From Ophelia neglecta (Eukaryota): a stretch of DNA of 64,000 nucleotides. The position numbers were made by a program, and so were the translations under genes. Positions 1 to 15,700 of the stretch are shown here, in pieces. Location of the stretch: NCBI GenBank assembly GCA_965285935.1, contig OZ260665.1, forward strand, positions 59,520,001 through 59,584,000, read 5' to 3'. How positions within the stretch are numbered: position 1 is the stretch's first letter; every line of letters begins with the position of its first letter. The notes below the pieces were generated by a model. The model had not been told where the DNA came from. It did not search any database and saw nothing but the letters and a program-made list of their open reading frames with translations.

Positions 1-3000
1 CATGGTAAAGCTAGGGAAAAATGTCCATGTTCTATTTGCTTAGTGGGTCCAGGTAAGAAGTTTAGATAGAGATCCAGACAAGTATTTCAAAGAATTTATA
101 AACCCATATACACCAATGGTACTCCCGTGTGGCTTGATACGATTGCAACTTGCAATGGAGTCATTAATTGACGCAATTTTACTTATTATTATGTATGGCG
201 AATTAGCAATTCTGTGATATTAATATCCGCTGTACGGATTGACTATGAAAATTGTCGGCGTCCTATATACCTGATGTGAGAAACGAGGGTGTAGGTCAGA
301 CACATTTATACTTGAACTGTGAAGGTCTTGTTGACATGAAGCACACAAAGATTACCAAGAATTCGATGAACATGTGACGTGTAGCCTGGACAGAGTTACT
401 ATGAATTCTTCTTCCGTGAGGTGGAATATCCATACAAGGAGGTAAACGTTTTAGTCAGTTGGGAATAAAAGAGGGTAAGCAAGGTTACCACACACACGCT
501 ATTGGCCAATATGACGTCAATTGAAACAAATGAACTGCACATTGGAACACGTTATCAGCAAATACCCAAAACTAGGAGCCGCTGTTCATCCTAGCAGAAG
601 TGCATTAATACCAGTGTATGTTTGTTTGCCCTTTGCATATTCTGTTGTCGAGTATTTTTTCTATATAGTTGTTTACGAGCCGCCATTTTCGATTCTAAGG
701 TGCATTTACATACGTTAAAGCACATGCATATAGTTAGGAAAAGGAAGCTTTGTGCTTTCTTCTGTTTTCATTAGAGCAGAAGGGGTTTTTCATTAGGAAC
801 TCACTAAAGCATAATACCAGATTTAATGTAGGCATATATTAGCTCAAAAAAACTGACAGAAACCTGTCATTGAAGCCAGTGAGTATTTTATTGTGAATGC
901 GAATATATCAACTAGGGCAAAATAAAAGATTAACGTTGACGACACCTTAATTTCCAATCCCACACAAATTAATTTTTCAAGCACCTTAATCCATTGATGC
1001 TATGCCTTGTTTGTTCATATTATTTTTCATAAAACTTATAGGAAATAATCAGCTCTTAGAAGGTCATGCCTACTCTATGCAGCTAACAAAATCAATTGAA
1101 TGGAGCTTTTTAATACAACATTCGATGTGAGTTCATTACACAGTTAAGTCAAATGAAAGCGAACTGATAACCACTGACTAAACTGTAAATATGATTAAGT
1201 AAACCAAAATTAATCAATGGGTCTGATATATACTTCATGGCTGAATTTTTATTTGGTTGGGACTTGTTTTACTCGACCGTTTGACTAACAAGAATAATGT
1301 CACCAAGTCATCAATCACCCACCAATGCTTTTTGAAAATAAAGTTTATAATCAACATCACAGCTAGACTTGATAACGCATGGGCAGTGAGTTTTGAGTTA
1401 TAAGCTAGAAAAGCCAACTATCTTTTTGTCGGAACAAATAAGTCCAACGTTCTTTTCCTGGGATCTCTTCATGCGGAAAAGCCGTCTTTACATAGGCTAT
1501 AACATTTGTGCTAATATGTGAGTACTGTCAAAAAATAAACTGATACTTGAATGTGAATGGATACTTATCTGAAAGGCATGCCGTTTTTGTTTTTTTTTGA
1601 CGCCTGGCCGATAAATAACTAGTAATTATAAATAAACATGTTATTATGTTGCAATAATCCATGGATTACCTGCTGCGAACAGCCCCTCAAAAAAAAACGC
1701 GCTTCGCCAACTGCAAATTAACTTCCTGTACACGGAATGTAAAAATATAGATAAAAAATACATAAGGGAACTCTTGAAATTGTCTTCTTCGAATCATCTA
1801 GTTCGAAGACGACTCAGCATGGCAACTGCTCCCAAGTTATTTAATTATAATTATGAGTACTGTTTTTTACGTGTTTTTCTTTTAATTATCAAATAATCTA
1901 TTCTACAATTATAAGGAGCCTGAATGGTAAAAAGTAAAATCATGTTTGCTTTGTTCCGACTTCATGGAATAAAACGTTCTCTAATACGTTTTTACCATGA
2001 CAACCAGACACAGAAGTTTGTCTTCACAGGCGTGATAAAGCGTCAATGGATCATCCTTGCACACTATTGCCTTTATCTCAATTTCGACAAAAGACACGCG
2101 TGTCAAATCACCACAGCATTTCTGACATTATATCAGGAGACGGGAGATATATCCGATTTCTTATGATCTTTTATAACGCGGTCTCCACGCAAAGCCTCAT
2201 TTTTAACTTTAACACAATTTTATGGCTGGCTCGGCTATTTATATGCAATCTGTTTGCTTATGCATGCTTATATCTTCAACTGCAACACAGTTAATTTTGT
2301 CGAACCAACTTGAATGAGAAAATAACAACTTACAATTAGTTGCCCTTTTACTAGCTTCTTAATGCGCATCTCCCTTTGTTTCTTTTCTCGTGCGTCTTAA
2401 TTATACACTCGGTCCCTTGTTCTTTTCGTTCTTGATTTACCGAACACAACATAAATGTTAACTATTCTAAAGAAAGATATAATAGAAATTCGTGAATGGT
2501 TGTTTAGGTTTATAAATTCATTTATTTCATTTAAAGCCATTGGGTCCATCCCTTTGATTATGGTGTAGTTCTCAGAGCTTTTCCGTTGAAACGAGGACAA
2601 GATATCTGCAGGCAAGCAAGACTAATGGCAAGAAGGTCAGCAGCAGAGCGATGAAGCTGCTCTGCAGAAATAACATGGCATACCAAACACTGACGAATAG
2701 CAGTACACTGTATAATGAATCCGGGTGGGTCGAGGAAAAGGGGAGAGTACATTCATCAAACCGAAACTACCACCATCATTTGACAATATCATTACTGGAT
2801 ATGTGCGTAGAAACACATATTTTGTTCAGCATTCTTACTTTATCTTAGATTGAAATGAGGGTGCCGCTTTAATCTTGTAATTAACTTTAAAACTATTCTT
2901 CGTATTTTTAGGAATATATATTATGGTAGGGTAGAAATATCAAAATTGATGAACACCGCAGTCGATAGAGTCATGGGTTTTTACTTATTCAAATGACGTT

Positions 3001-6000
3001 TACAAGCTTAGGCATTTGTTCAAAAATACTCGAGTTTCAATCGGAATGCACAGAGATTATTACTGATCTGATCTTTATAACGACTATAATCTCTTTTATT
3101 TTGTGTTTGACTAAGGGCAAACGCTGCTTCAAGACATTGCTGGGAGCCAATTGTGGTCACCGAAGAAAGCTTCCTTTACTTTCTATGACTGATGGTGAAA
3201 TACTAATTGTCTCGGGCTAAGACTCACGAAAGACATTGTGTACCCGTATATTGGACAGAGAATACTGTTCCCTAAAACAGTGAACAGGCCGTATGAGTAG
3301 AATATAAAGTCAATTTAAGACCCTCCAGTTGACAAACCATAGTGCCTGACAAACGTTTGGTTTAGCCGAGTAATGACTAAAGGTTGTGTTTACCTTTTCC
3401 TTTCTTGGTAATCTTTAAATATGGATGATATAAAGTTTAAAACAACAGCATTGACAAAAGCTCAAATATAACAATCACCGCATACTGTTATATGGCACAG
3501 GCACATCGACAATGAATTTGATTTTCTTGTTGTTGTGTGGGGTGAGGTGTTGGATAAACTATAATCTGCTTCCCTGACAGATAAATTGCATTGTGGGGAA
3601 TCAAATGCACAAAAGTAGCAGGGCTTAACTTTTTTATCCGACGAAAGCTTGGTGTTTTCACACCCATCAGTCCAGTAAATGAAGAAGCTAAGTTATATCA
3701 CCCGGTTTCACAGATTCTTTTAAAACCTAGATGAATGCTACATCTTAAACGCTCAGATAATTATTATGAATGCCACTACCCAGACACGGCGCATCACGCA
3801 GGTATGTCTGATTTGTCATACAAAAAGCTCGCTGCCGGCCCAATTCCGGCAATCGTGAGTCACAAGACCAAATCTGAAGCATGAAATGCCGGTGTACATT
3901 GAATTCAGGAACAAGTGAAAACTTAAAATGAAAATACCACTATAATTTTCCCGAGTTTTGCGTTCAAATGAATATGCATAATGTAGTTTGCTCTATTACG
4001 CCAAAGGGTACGCCTACATTTGTTCTAATTGATGAAGTGATGATTCACTCTGATTGAAAAATGTCTATCCTAATAATATTATGTCTGAGGCTGCAATAAG
4101 CTACTATGACATGTATACACACATAAAAGCACAACTGTATATATATGAAACTACACATGAAGATATAGATAAATGATTAACGCATTGAAAAAGCAAGCTT
4201 TTCAATACATCTGCTTCAACATATCCGATGTACAATTGGTCGACCCTTTGATATTATGTCCTGCGGGCACTTTTAAATAAATCATGTTACTTGCTTGCAA
4301 TATGGTGAAATGCAAATCTTTCGATTCAGAAGATCAGAGAGTTGGAGGTTTTTTAGCTGTAGACCATAGGGAGGCTTTTCGGTGTAGAAGAGTGATGTGG
4401 AAGTGAGAGGGGCAGCAGCCTGTCCTGAGTGACATCGACGCTCGGTGCTCTCCTCTTTATTTGTCGAGTCTCTTGGTAGTAATTGGCGACAAGATTCATT
4501 GGCCCGGCAGATGGATAAGACAAGCTTGGACTATGTGTTCAGTCGGGACGAAGGATGTGAAGGAAAGCCCGCCATGTAAATACATTACAGGGTAGTGCTT
4601 CACAATCATAGATAATAGGGTGGGAAATACCAGCACTTTAGTAGTATCGGTGGCAAAGTAACCCCGTATCATGTTTACTGGCCATTAACGTCTGCTAGAG
4701 GATATTATTAATATTAGAATGACCCATTAGCACCATTTTTTTTTTCTCATACTGACGGACCAGTAAGATGATGACGTGTTTGAGTGCTGTTTATAATAGT
4801 GCACAGACTGCAGGGTATTGCATATTATAGCTTAAGCTCTGGAGGCGTAGAACCATCACAATTGCATAGGCTATATGAATTGATATCGGGGTGTGCATGT
4901 GGAAAGGGCCCGATTGTGTTTTTCTGGCGACACTGAGTCATTGGTAAGAAATCAATCACAGGGTCTTGGGTGATCATGATCTTTCAACATGGAAACGGAA
5001 ACAGGTACTTTCATGCAAACAAATGTGTTAAATTCATCATATTGCATTAAATGACCAATTATGGACGCTATAGCAACCATTTTGCATGCATCACACAATT
5101 ATTTAAGTTTTATCATGATAAACAGAAATAAATGATTTACACCGAAGTTTAGTGATCACATATCAATTATTTAGCCCACAACAAAAGTTTTAACATTCTT
5201 CCTTTTCCCTGAAAACTAGGCAAGAACGGTTTTATCGAGGGAGTTATTGACCTTTGACCCCATGGGTCTGCTAAATCATCTCTGGTGGCAACTTTGACCC
5301 ACCGCAAATTGACAAAAAAAGATTATTTTTACCAAATATTCGGAATAAATTTGACACTTTAAAAATAGAAAATATAGATCAAACTCAGTGAATAAATGTG
5401 CTAAAAGACGAAAAGGGTAAATAATGCTTTTTTCACACTTCCTGTTTGCATTTGTTGAAAAGAATCCAAATGATTTATCCCGTTAAGAACCCTTATCTAA
5501 TCAGCTTTTTTGAGACATGTCATTATGCAATTTAAAGCTCTGAAGCAAATCAGCAGTGTTAAATTAAATAATATTTTAACAAACTGTTAAAATTGTCTTA
5601 CTTCTTTGATGCCGTTTATCCGGGTTAGAGCTGCTATTTCAATCGGGCCCTTGCATGCCCACATTATGTTACCACACGAGTCGACCTTATGACAGAGTAT
5701 TGATATTATAGCAGAAAATGATTACCATTTCAAATCAGGGGTTGTGCGTAGATTTGCATGTACGAGTACACGACCGTTAAATTCATTACAATTAGTAAAT
5801 GAAACTACAGATGGCAAGCTTGAAAGTTAGTATGATTCCAACAGCAAAAAAGAAGGAATATGTTATCAAGATTTACACGACAGGTCTAGTATGCGTTAAA
5901 CAAGATACAGACATAACAATGGGGTAGGGCAAGTAACATTGAAAACAATAGACAATCTATTGTTTTCTTCTGCATGTTGCTTTTCGTCTTTGGTATGCAG

Positions 6001-6263
6001 GGAAATTTTACATCCTTCTCTTATGTTTGATGTGACAATTACGTCTTTAGTCACTAAATTATAAGAGAGCTTAAACCATCTTAGACCATCCAAGGGAACA
6101 TCTCATCTGCGTCCTAAGTTGACCACTGACTTGTTTGTTTTGTGTTCTGACTTCTATCAGGGAAAACTATTTACCACTTCTCAATGTAAGTTAGCCTATA
6201 TCTATTTTATTTTTTCGTTACTTTATTTGCGATACAAGTTTCTGAATAGTTTCGGAGCTGAGG

Positions 6264-6304
6264 ATTGATGTATGTGGGCATGTGGCTGGTGGTTCCTAAT
6301 GATT
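6264..6304 (+). repeat. Interspersed repeat core, copy 1 (inverted copy at 22439-22479)
   Basis: attgatgtatgtgggcatgtggctggtggttcctaatgatt matches the reverse complement of 22439-22479 at 36/41 positions. Confidence 0.75.
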
Positions 6305-9289
6305 CTGGATAAATTTATTGAGCTATTCTTTATTAAAAATTCTGCTTTGTTTGCCGGTTTTAGCCTCCCGTTTTATTTCCTTAGCCGTTTCAACCAAATG
6401 TTTTTCAGCACTTGGTGCCTTGGTGCGGTTCGTTTGTCATTCTTGGCTTTCCGAGCAAAACAATTGACATTAAACCCTATTAAACAGTCAATGCTTCAAT
6501 CTTACCGAGATGGGCCAGACGTCAGCGAAGCACTACTAATCTACTGCTCAGCTGTGATGCGTAATATAATTTGCGTGACCACTTTTAATAAAGCTATTAT
6601 AAAGGCATGGAGTTATGGGCCCCGGGGAATGCCAGCATTCGGGTTGCGTGAAGTGACAGCCATATGACTCTGTCTAGCTGCAAGGGCTCTCTTTTATGAA
6701 AACTTAGGCCTGCCGATAAACTTCACTAAAATTGTAGTAAAAATGCATTTTTTAAAACTGACTTGACATATCGATTTGAGGGGTTTGTTGAGCAAGAGCG
6801 GCTGCTTTTATAACGCTAATTAGAAACGTTGGACTCTTTGAGACACCAATTTATGTTTGATGTCAAAAGTCCACCACCGATACTCAAAAGAAAATTACCA
6901 AATTTAGGTGATTCAATGAGCAAAATAACATGTTCCCTGCTCAAAAAATGCCTTAACCGTATGGAGGATTAAGATCACACAAGAATGAACATATGTTTAG
7001 TTTTTACTGCAATTTATGGTTGTGTGTTTACACAAAATAATTAAAAATGCGCTGTTTATATCTGATGCGGTCAGTACCCACAGTGCTGAATCATTGCCAC
7101 ATTCTAGAAGTTTTTTCATCACCATCGGCTGATATTAATATATTATATAAAGCAACAAAATTTGACTTCTGTACGCGTGTTATTTAAGGCTTGGAGACTA
7201 TGTTGCTCGCTTTTATAACGTTGCCTTAACGAGTTTACGCATATCTACAACGGCATTCAGGCAGGGTCTGACATATTTCATAAGCTCTTCACGATGGTTC
7301 CCAGATGCTAGGAAAACGGATAAGGTGGCTTTTTCAATGTATCAACCAACTACGTTAGAATGATGAGCAACGTCATGTTCGCCAGGAGCATTTACGGGGA
7401 GCTTAAGACTAGCTAACTGTCTTGATATCTATGATTCTCTACCTTCATGAATTATGAATCTTATCTCCTTTTTGGATATCATTCCCTGGTATATTCCGTG
7501 ATTGTCTTGTAACTGTTCATTAACTATTCCAAAATAATTAAGTCCCCGCACGGATCGCAATACTCCGCCATGAAGGCATTCTTTGGCCGAAGAATATTAC
7601 ACTTAAAGCTGCCCATCGGGCTCTTCGCTCGCCAATTCTATGAATTCAAATGGAATAGACGCAATAAACCGTGCTAATATGTGAAGCCAAATGATAAAAT
7701 GGCTTCCCAACGGGTTTTCAATGCCGTGTGCGCGGTGAGGTCTGTTGGACCTTAGGGACGATGACCATGTCTAATGTAGCCTAAAAGCTTTAGGTCGCCG
7801 GTATGTCCCGCGAGCATATATTCAGGACATCGCTTTATGGGACGGTTTCTATGCCCTACTTAGTTGAAAAGAGAGGTTCGCTCAGAGGAAGCGTATGCCA
7901 GGGAGAATGTCCTCTCCCCTGCCGTTTTCCTTTGGATAAACCAGTCTCATTTATAGGCTGCTGAATCCTCTAGCCCTTTCTATGTGTTTGTAATGGATGA
8001 AACGCCCAAATAAGATTGCTTCTTATAGACATCACGAAAAGGAAATAGAAAACCATATACTTGATTGATTAGGTATCGGGGCCCAGAGGATTCGTAAAAT
8101 TACTGGTATAATGGACTAGATAAATCAACTTCCACTTTTTAAAGTTGGGTATGTTTATGCATGTTTTTATATGATAAATACGAGAAAACGATATAATAAT
8201 TGCCAATAATGCAACGTTCTGAGATACTTAGCGGAATTCATTTGAAACAACCTCTGTTTTGTCTCTCTCCTGCATGCTCATCAAGCATTTGCAAACCCAC
8301 AAATTTTTTTTTTGATTAATGTCCAAGGAAAACAATACATAATAACTGTCATTCGCAAAACAAATCTGGGATTTGAAATAAAAACTGTAAAATTGGAAGG
8401 AAACGCATCCGCCAAGCCTTGTGTAGATACGGAGATTTGGCCAGAATCCGGATGTGACAGGAAGTAAAATGGACTGGTTCCTTTTCCAATAGGTTTCAAG
8501 GACACAAATCTTGTAAATTTCCGACCAATCTTCGTCTGCCTTTGCTGAGGCAGGTCTTAAGCCCAAGTTTTGAAAGAAATATAACAAAATGAATAATTAA
8601 TTTGAGCGATATTATTTGATCTTAACACTATTCATTAATTTGTGACATCTAAAAAAATAAGCGCCTTTTATTTAGAACCAAGCATAGCTTTTGATGTTGA
8701 AAGGACATATACCCTGAGATTTTTCAATTCACATTGAAAAATGCAACCTCCTTTTGGTTGATCAGTACAAAGGCTCAATAATTGAAAAAAAATACTGTGG
8801 CTTTAAGTCATATTTTCAATAGTATAGATCTATAGCCTGCATACGCACATGTTAACAACAAAGCTAATCCAAAACGTCGGTGGGGATTTGAATATGGCCC
8901 ATCAAACAGCTCAAATAAAATGATGATTCCCATATGCCAAATCGGTTTAAAAGCCAGACCGCTTCAGCCATTGCAATCTTTTCTATCGACGTAACCATGA
9001 GGATACTTTTCGAGAGGTGCTGCCAATAGCGGAGCTTTTGGGAAATATATATGCATATACTGCGGCTTTTATTGATTTTCTGGATTTGACAAGGCTAAGG
9101 GATAATGTTGCTTTTAGAATAGTGTTCTATTTTTAGCCCGACAGTAGTTAGTTGGGATGGAATTTGGTAGCCTGTGGCGAAAATAACCCGAAATACAGTT
9201 TCACACCTGCCCCCGCCGAAGTGCTCCGTATGCTTTGCCCTGCAGAGCCAAAGAGTGATAAAGGAGCTTTCACTTTAAACTTTCAGCGA

Positions 9290-9314
9290 GGGGCGGGGGG
9301 AAGGGGGTGGGGGG
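9290..9314 (+). other. G-quadruplex-forming motif
   Basis: G4-C-G6-AA-G5-T-G6: four G runs of at least 4 with 1-2 nt loops. Confidence 0.7.
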
Positions 9315-9740
9315 TATGGACATCGGAATTTGAAAGATGCCGGGAGGGAGCGATAAAGAAGTTTTGACTCTGACATCTCTAGTGTAGCCCCGTGAATACA
9401 TTGCACTTACTATCAAGATTTTTGGTACCCGAAAGCCCTTTTTGTTTAATATTTGAAAATACGGGAATGGCTACCCAGTATTGAAACTTAATCATCTTGT
9501 CTTTCAGATAGATTGGAGAAAAAAGTTCCTTTTTGGTCTCAGATTTAAAATAAAATGTTCCAGAAATGACGCAAAATAACCATACTATTTTTGTTGCATT
9601 ACACAGCAACATCGACACTGGCAAGTTGTATCATGGGATTCTAAAACGAACCGAAATATCAGTATTTTCTTTTCTCAAACACTAAACAATAATACATGTA
9701 ATAAATATGTATACCCTGTACATGAACTAAAAAATATATG

Positions 9741-9757
9741 CCCCCCCCCCCCCCCCC
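9741..9757. repeat. Poly-C tract (17 nt); similar tracts at 34906-34920 and 55816-55833
   Basis: Directly visible homopolymers. Confidence 0.9.
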
Positions 9758-12700
9758 AAGACAATAATCATCAGGCGCTCAACACAAATCTCCAGTTCCC
9801 TAACTATTCCTAAGCTAGTAAGGAAATTAATTTTAATGATACGCAGAAAAAAAGAGTTATCGCTACCGGTGAGAAGTAGTCTGACTTACATAAAATTAAA
9901 GAAGAAAGAGAACAGAAAAATGTATGGGGGTTCGTGCATGAATTTATTAAAGAGGATAAAGATATTTTATTTCCTCGAAAGCTCCATAAAGCTTTACTAT
10001 CCAATGAACTGGTCACGCTTTTATAGTGTCTGGACACGTGTATCTGCAACGCATGTTGTTTATAAGCATGCAACTGATAAACAAGGTCCCTAGTTCTAAG
10101 AAGGGCGGATTGGATCACTCAATCCCATTGCAGTCTTTTACTGCGTAGGTGTTCAACAATGGCAACTAGAACCTAAAAATGTCTGAACGAGTCATCGATT
10201 ATGTATGAACTTTCCTCAAGCTTGATGGAGTCCTTCATAGGATTCCACAAGTCCCCATTTTGTGTTATACTTAGAAAAATTGGTGGAATATATAGGCCTA
10301 CTTGAATTTTGAAAATGCCCTTGTTAACAGAGTTCGTTCCCCGAGTCAGTTATTTGGACACCGGCAAGGGCCTGTGTCGTTTGTTAAAACCTGACAATAA
10401 AACACAATAGCTTAGGCTACACACTTCGAAGTACACACCCCGTTTTCTGGGGAAAAAGGAACATAACAATCAAGACATGGAAAAATAACCATTGTACAAG
10501 TGGTGAACAGTTCATCTCTTGCTGCCTCCCTTCTCTTACCCATTTTGAAACCTTTTTCTGCCACGCACGCTTTACTTCGTTCTGCTTCTTGCGCGGTACT
10601 CCCACCTTTGGTGCAATTCGTAAACTCTTTGCTCTTTTCACTTCCAGGTAACTGTTGATCAAAAGCAAAAAGAGTAAGTTGTCAAAGTAAGAGGGACGGG
10701 CAGAAAGAGAGAGGGGGGGGGATGAGTCGGAACACACATTTCGACTGCGTTATAAATTGGATGGTAATACTGGTGTCCCATGATGATGCTTAAAATAGCC
10801 CGTTATTTCAATCAAGGCGATCATGGGCACCACCCATAGTTTCACTATAATCATCCTTTTCAACATTGCAGAAATAGTATGATGAAAAGAGCCATATGTT
10901 TTATTCCGAATGTTTATCGGCAGACGTGTGACGCCACGAACGCGTCAGGGGTACCTGAATCTATTTAACATCCACCTGAAGGCAATACATTTAGGTTTTG
11001 CTAGACCTATGCAACATCGCCAAGTGCTTGAAGTGTGTGATGCAGTTCGTAGCAGTTTATATTATCTGGCACATGCCTATGGGATACCAATTCGATATGC
11101 AGATATTTTTCCTAGCCAACGTTGGGGTAAGTGCTTTAGGAGTGTAAACGGCAATATAACGTCTGATTTACAATCGGGAAAATCCCATAAAGTGAATAAG
11201 CTGAAGCAACATAATCACGTTGCTTTTATCCCAAGTGTTTTCATTGCCTGCTCGGATATAAAACAGCAGTGGAATCATTTTACTTCTGCTCATACTTTTT
11301 TTGTCTAAGTTGAAGTTTTTAGACTATTATGATCCGTTTATACAATGTAATGTAAAATATTGAGGTAGGGTTTAATTCGAATACTTATAAAAACAGATGT
11401 GCAAAAATTACCTTGAATAAGTATGATTTAACACATGTATACACAGGCACTCCCTCGAGTTTATGTACTTGTCTCTATGTGTAGTTTATATACACGTACT
11501 CAGTATATCAAAGTTTAACGGCGTTTTATAATTAAAAGAATGTGTGCTTATGGCTTATGACAGCCCTGGCCACTTCATAGGGTACTTCCAGGTACATAAT
11601 CTGCCATTTTAATTAATATTCCTTCTCACCCAGAAGAGACGATGGCACAAGTCAAATGCGGAACGTGATTTTGAAACTTGCGACGAGGAAGCCTGTTTAA
11701 CGTGTACATGTTTTCTCTGAGATCCTGGCATGAAGCCCAAGTATTAAAGCAATAGAGATAACAATAAACGTTCATAGTGTGTGCAGACACACATTTTCCT
11801 ATACCTACATTAATGTAGTAGACTACATTTTTAAAGCAGACTATACCAACACAATAACAGTCACAGGCGCACACAAACAAACACCACCGGGAACTGTCGC
11901 ACCACCCGCACACAACCAAGCCGGCACACACCCACAATCTATATTTTAAAAAAATTGTAATACAATTTGTATCCACATTCTACTATGTTGTACAATTGTT
12001 GTTTCAAATTCGGAAAAAAAATATAAATTTCCTGCCATTTATAAGCTTATACCATGCATACGACATTAAGCTAATTTTAGGTTCCTGTTAGTGCCATGGC
12101 AACGCTTGAATATGCAAATGACATAGGAAGTGGATGACAAATGGCTGTTTATCCTCTAAATACACAATATGTTTATGTGTTTATTCCATATGTGCAGATA
12201 TATTTTAAGTGTCTGTTAAATTATCTTGCCCGTCCCTACTAATCAGTCCTCTTCAAGGTGCAGTGAAAACCATGTTTCCAAATCGAAAAAATCGTCTAAT
12301 GTGCTTTGAACCAGAATTGGCCTGAGTAAAGGGACCGTGTTCTACGACTCAAACGTGTCAAGTGTTTACTCCTATAGTAGAGATGAATATATTTTATTTA
12401 ACGAAGCATTTGGAACAAACGAGGAACTCACAAAAGCAGTGCATGCGGCATAGAATATATGTATCATTCTATGTATCAGATGCAGATGAGATTATGCCAC
12501 AGTTGTGTTGCGAATGTGATAAATTATTCGAAAAAGAAGTAGGAACTAGGATATTCATTAATCCCAATCTGAAGAGATGCTTTTATTAAGCAAAATCGTA
12601 TTTGCCTTTAGCCAAAATAACTGAACTGGGCTGATTATATAGATACATGCTGTCATAAAGACAAATGGTTTCCTCGTTCAAAAATGCATATCTATAAATA

Positions 12701-15700
12701 AGAACTTTCAAATAATAAGCAAAACTCCTGTATTTAAATATTCCCATGACAATAGGAATTGATTAATATGACGAATTAGTTAATTTGCCCATCGCTAAAC
12801 GAGTTAAATATATAAGTGTTATAGAATTATTAATTATTATAAATAAAGGTTTTTATTAATGTTAATATTTATATTTAAGACATAGCAATAATTTAAGACA
12901 GAAGCCCCGATTGTTCTTATATGCCGCAAAACATTTCATTTTGCAAAGGCGAGAAAAAACTGATAAGAAAATTAGTTTACCTGACTCAAATATATAAACC
13001 ACTGAAATTCGCGCATATATGACAAGTTTCCTTCCTAAAGTGTATCAATAAGCACACCAAGAAGAAAGTTCGGACGATATGTAATAATAAATGTTGGATA
13101 TTTTAATAGATAAAGAACATTTAAAATAAGTAAATTTCAAATACACGGATGAGATATATTCGTGGTAGAATCCTGTAAATATACATATTCTTAATATGAA
13201 AAGACCATTGCATGATGCTCTTAACCAAAAATGACACTTTTTTATCATTTTTTTTCGATAATGTTACCTTGTCTGCAGGGTATACATTCCAATTTTAGAA
13301 GGAATACCTATGCTGAAATTTGAAGACCTGATCGTTTTGAAAAACTTATGCAAGGCAACTGCAGTTTTCCGCCGTTCCGGAAAATATAAGCGAGTCTGAC
13401 AGAACTCGGTTTAGGGATCGTTGTTTAAAGCCTTCCGACCACCAGTTCCGCCAAGACACTGTTGGTTTTAAGGAAATTGGACGCTGGTGGAGGAAACAGA
13501 AAGTAATTTTCCTTATTTGCAGCCAATGGAAGTAGTGGTGATAATCTAATACCTCATCGACAATAGGAGCTGTCAAATTAGTTGTAACACTTCGTGTTCT
13601 CAACGCTAAGCAGACTATAACACCTGTGCATTTATCAGCGTCCGGAAACCAAATAAAATGTTACTGTCTACCTTTGCCTAATACAGAACTACGCATTTTT
13701 GACGCTATGGGCTTTTAGTCAACAAAGCAAGATAAGCGTTAGGAAATGCAAGGCCTAAAAAAGAAAGTCATAATAAAGAGACGGATCGGGTATCTGAATG
13801 ACGTGATATGTGTTCTATGGAAAGTAAACGTTGAATAACAAAATCTTGCGGAAAATGGTAATCGTCCGATTTTTGCATTAACTAAAGTTAAGGGAAGGGT
13901 AAATCTATGGCCATTTCTTCCTACCCGTAATAGTGACCGAAACAGAAACTTCATTGATGATTAAGAAGAAAAAGACCTTTTTAAATCTTAAAATGTTATT
14001 TTGGTGTGGTGCCTACATTGGTAACAATAATCACCCCAGCGCTGCAAATTTCCTGGAATGGTTCTGCTAATGTTGTGGACTAGACATATGCAGAGCTGTC
14101 CCCTGCCAGTAGAAACTGAACAACTAGTAGACTTAGTGATATCATCCCCGACTGGCCCTATTAATAGGACATATATAAAATGTGTAAGTAACGTGATATA
14201 CAAACGGAAAAAACGGCTTAACTTCTCTTTTAAAGAGTTGACACTTGTTTCCATTGACGTCCAAACAAAATAAACTGTATCTACCAATTAAAGGAACGTG
14301 TGAAATTTTGCGAAAAGTCAAAGAAAATTCATTAGAAATGCTGTACATCTAATTTATTGTTCAAAGCCATATGTTCAATAAAAATCAAATGGACATTTCT
14401 ATTTCTATCCTGCGGATATACCTAAAACTTTCGAAACGGGAAATGTAGACGCCAAGATGCGCAGTCTAAAGAAATCCCCCAACAACATCAATTCTTAGTT
14501 ACGCGGTTTTTTCAGTAAAACCAATCCCTGCTAAATGGTGTCTTTATGGCAAACAAATATCGCCAAACTATTGAAATTGCAAGACGATCTGAAAAGAAAT
14601 AAGGATCCAATTACCAGGATTTCCTCACAGAAAGATTCTGCAGCGATGACGCACTTTCCTAGAGATACTTTTTTTGTTGAAAACAAGCTTCTTTGTTGTT
14701 TTCTTCACCACAAAAATTGCAGGAAAAGGAAAACTTTGAATGGATTTTACCAATCCGATATCGCTTTATGAGCTTTAAGAAAAATGATCAGTCAGTTGGC
14801 AAGCCAAATTTGCATTTGCAATTTATTTTGGTCCTGGCAGTTGAGTGTTGTCGCCCACCTACCCTTTTACAATTTAATATTGTATAACTTTAGCAATGTC
14901 AGCTAATTAGCCTTCTTTTTTTCTGGCAAAAAAAACATAAAGGATTAAGCATGTGCGAATATACTCTTAGCTTTGCAAGAAATAAAGATTGGTAAAGTTA
15001 AATACATTGGTTTTGGCACAAATTGGAAATATTCACCCTCTACAGTTAAATTGTCTTTTGCACACCGTATATTATATATAATTGCATTCGATTGTGTGTC
15101 CTGCAAGGAAGACTTTGAAATTGACGGATAAAAGTATGGAATATGTATTATTCATCCCCATCGAAATGTCTTCTGTTGTTAATTCGCATCGGTTTATCGC
15201 CCTTCGTAAATGGGTGAAACTAAGAACTGTAAATCAAATAGGCTTAGTTTTGTCATTAAGTCAAAGTAGTTTGACGTCATTTGTAATACTATTAAGAACC
15301 TGGCTACATACAACGGTTTAGAATGTCAATCTCGTTTAGTGCTCGCCCGCCCTCTTTGCCCGAATCCCATTATACCTTAACCTTCTTACTAGACTGTAAC
15401 AAAATGCGATTTCCACTTTAAGTTTGAGGAAAAAGGTTTGTCTGGTGATGCCTTGGCCTATTTGTTTTTAAACACAATGTTACCTTTATATGTACAGGTA
15501 TTATTTTACGCCATATTATTGAAATGGAAGTTGCAGTTCAAAGAGTAAAGTCGAAGTCCCTTGTAGATGGGGTTCTTGATATCTGTGATCCCTCAACCGA
15601 CCCTCATCCCTTCAAGCCCTAAGTTAGGTGAAACTAATCCATGTATCTATAGGCACTGCAATACTCGACGACAAAATCAATCCAGTTACTTCTGTTTGCC

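Noticed and set aside
1-58. Open frame HGKAREKCPCSICLVGP with phase-1 donor (CAG|gtaaga), as candidate end of gene A exon 1
   Set aside because: Lacks the GLWxxC signature; cannot be supported.
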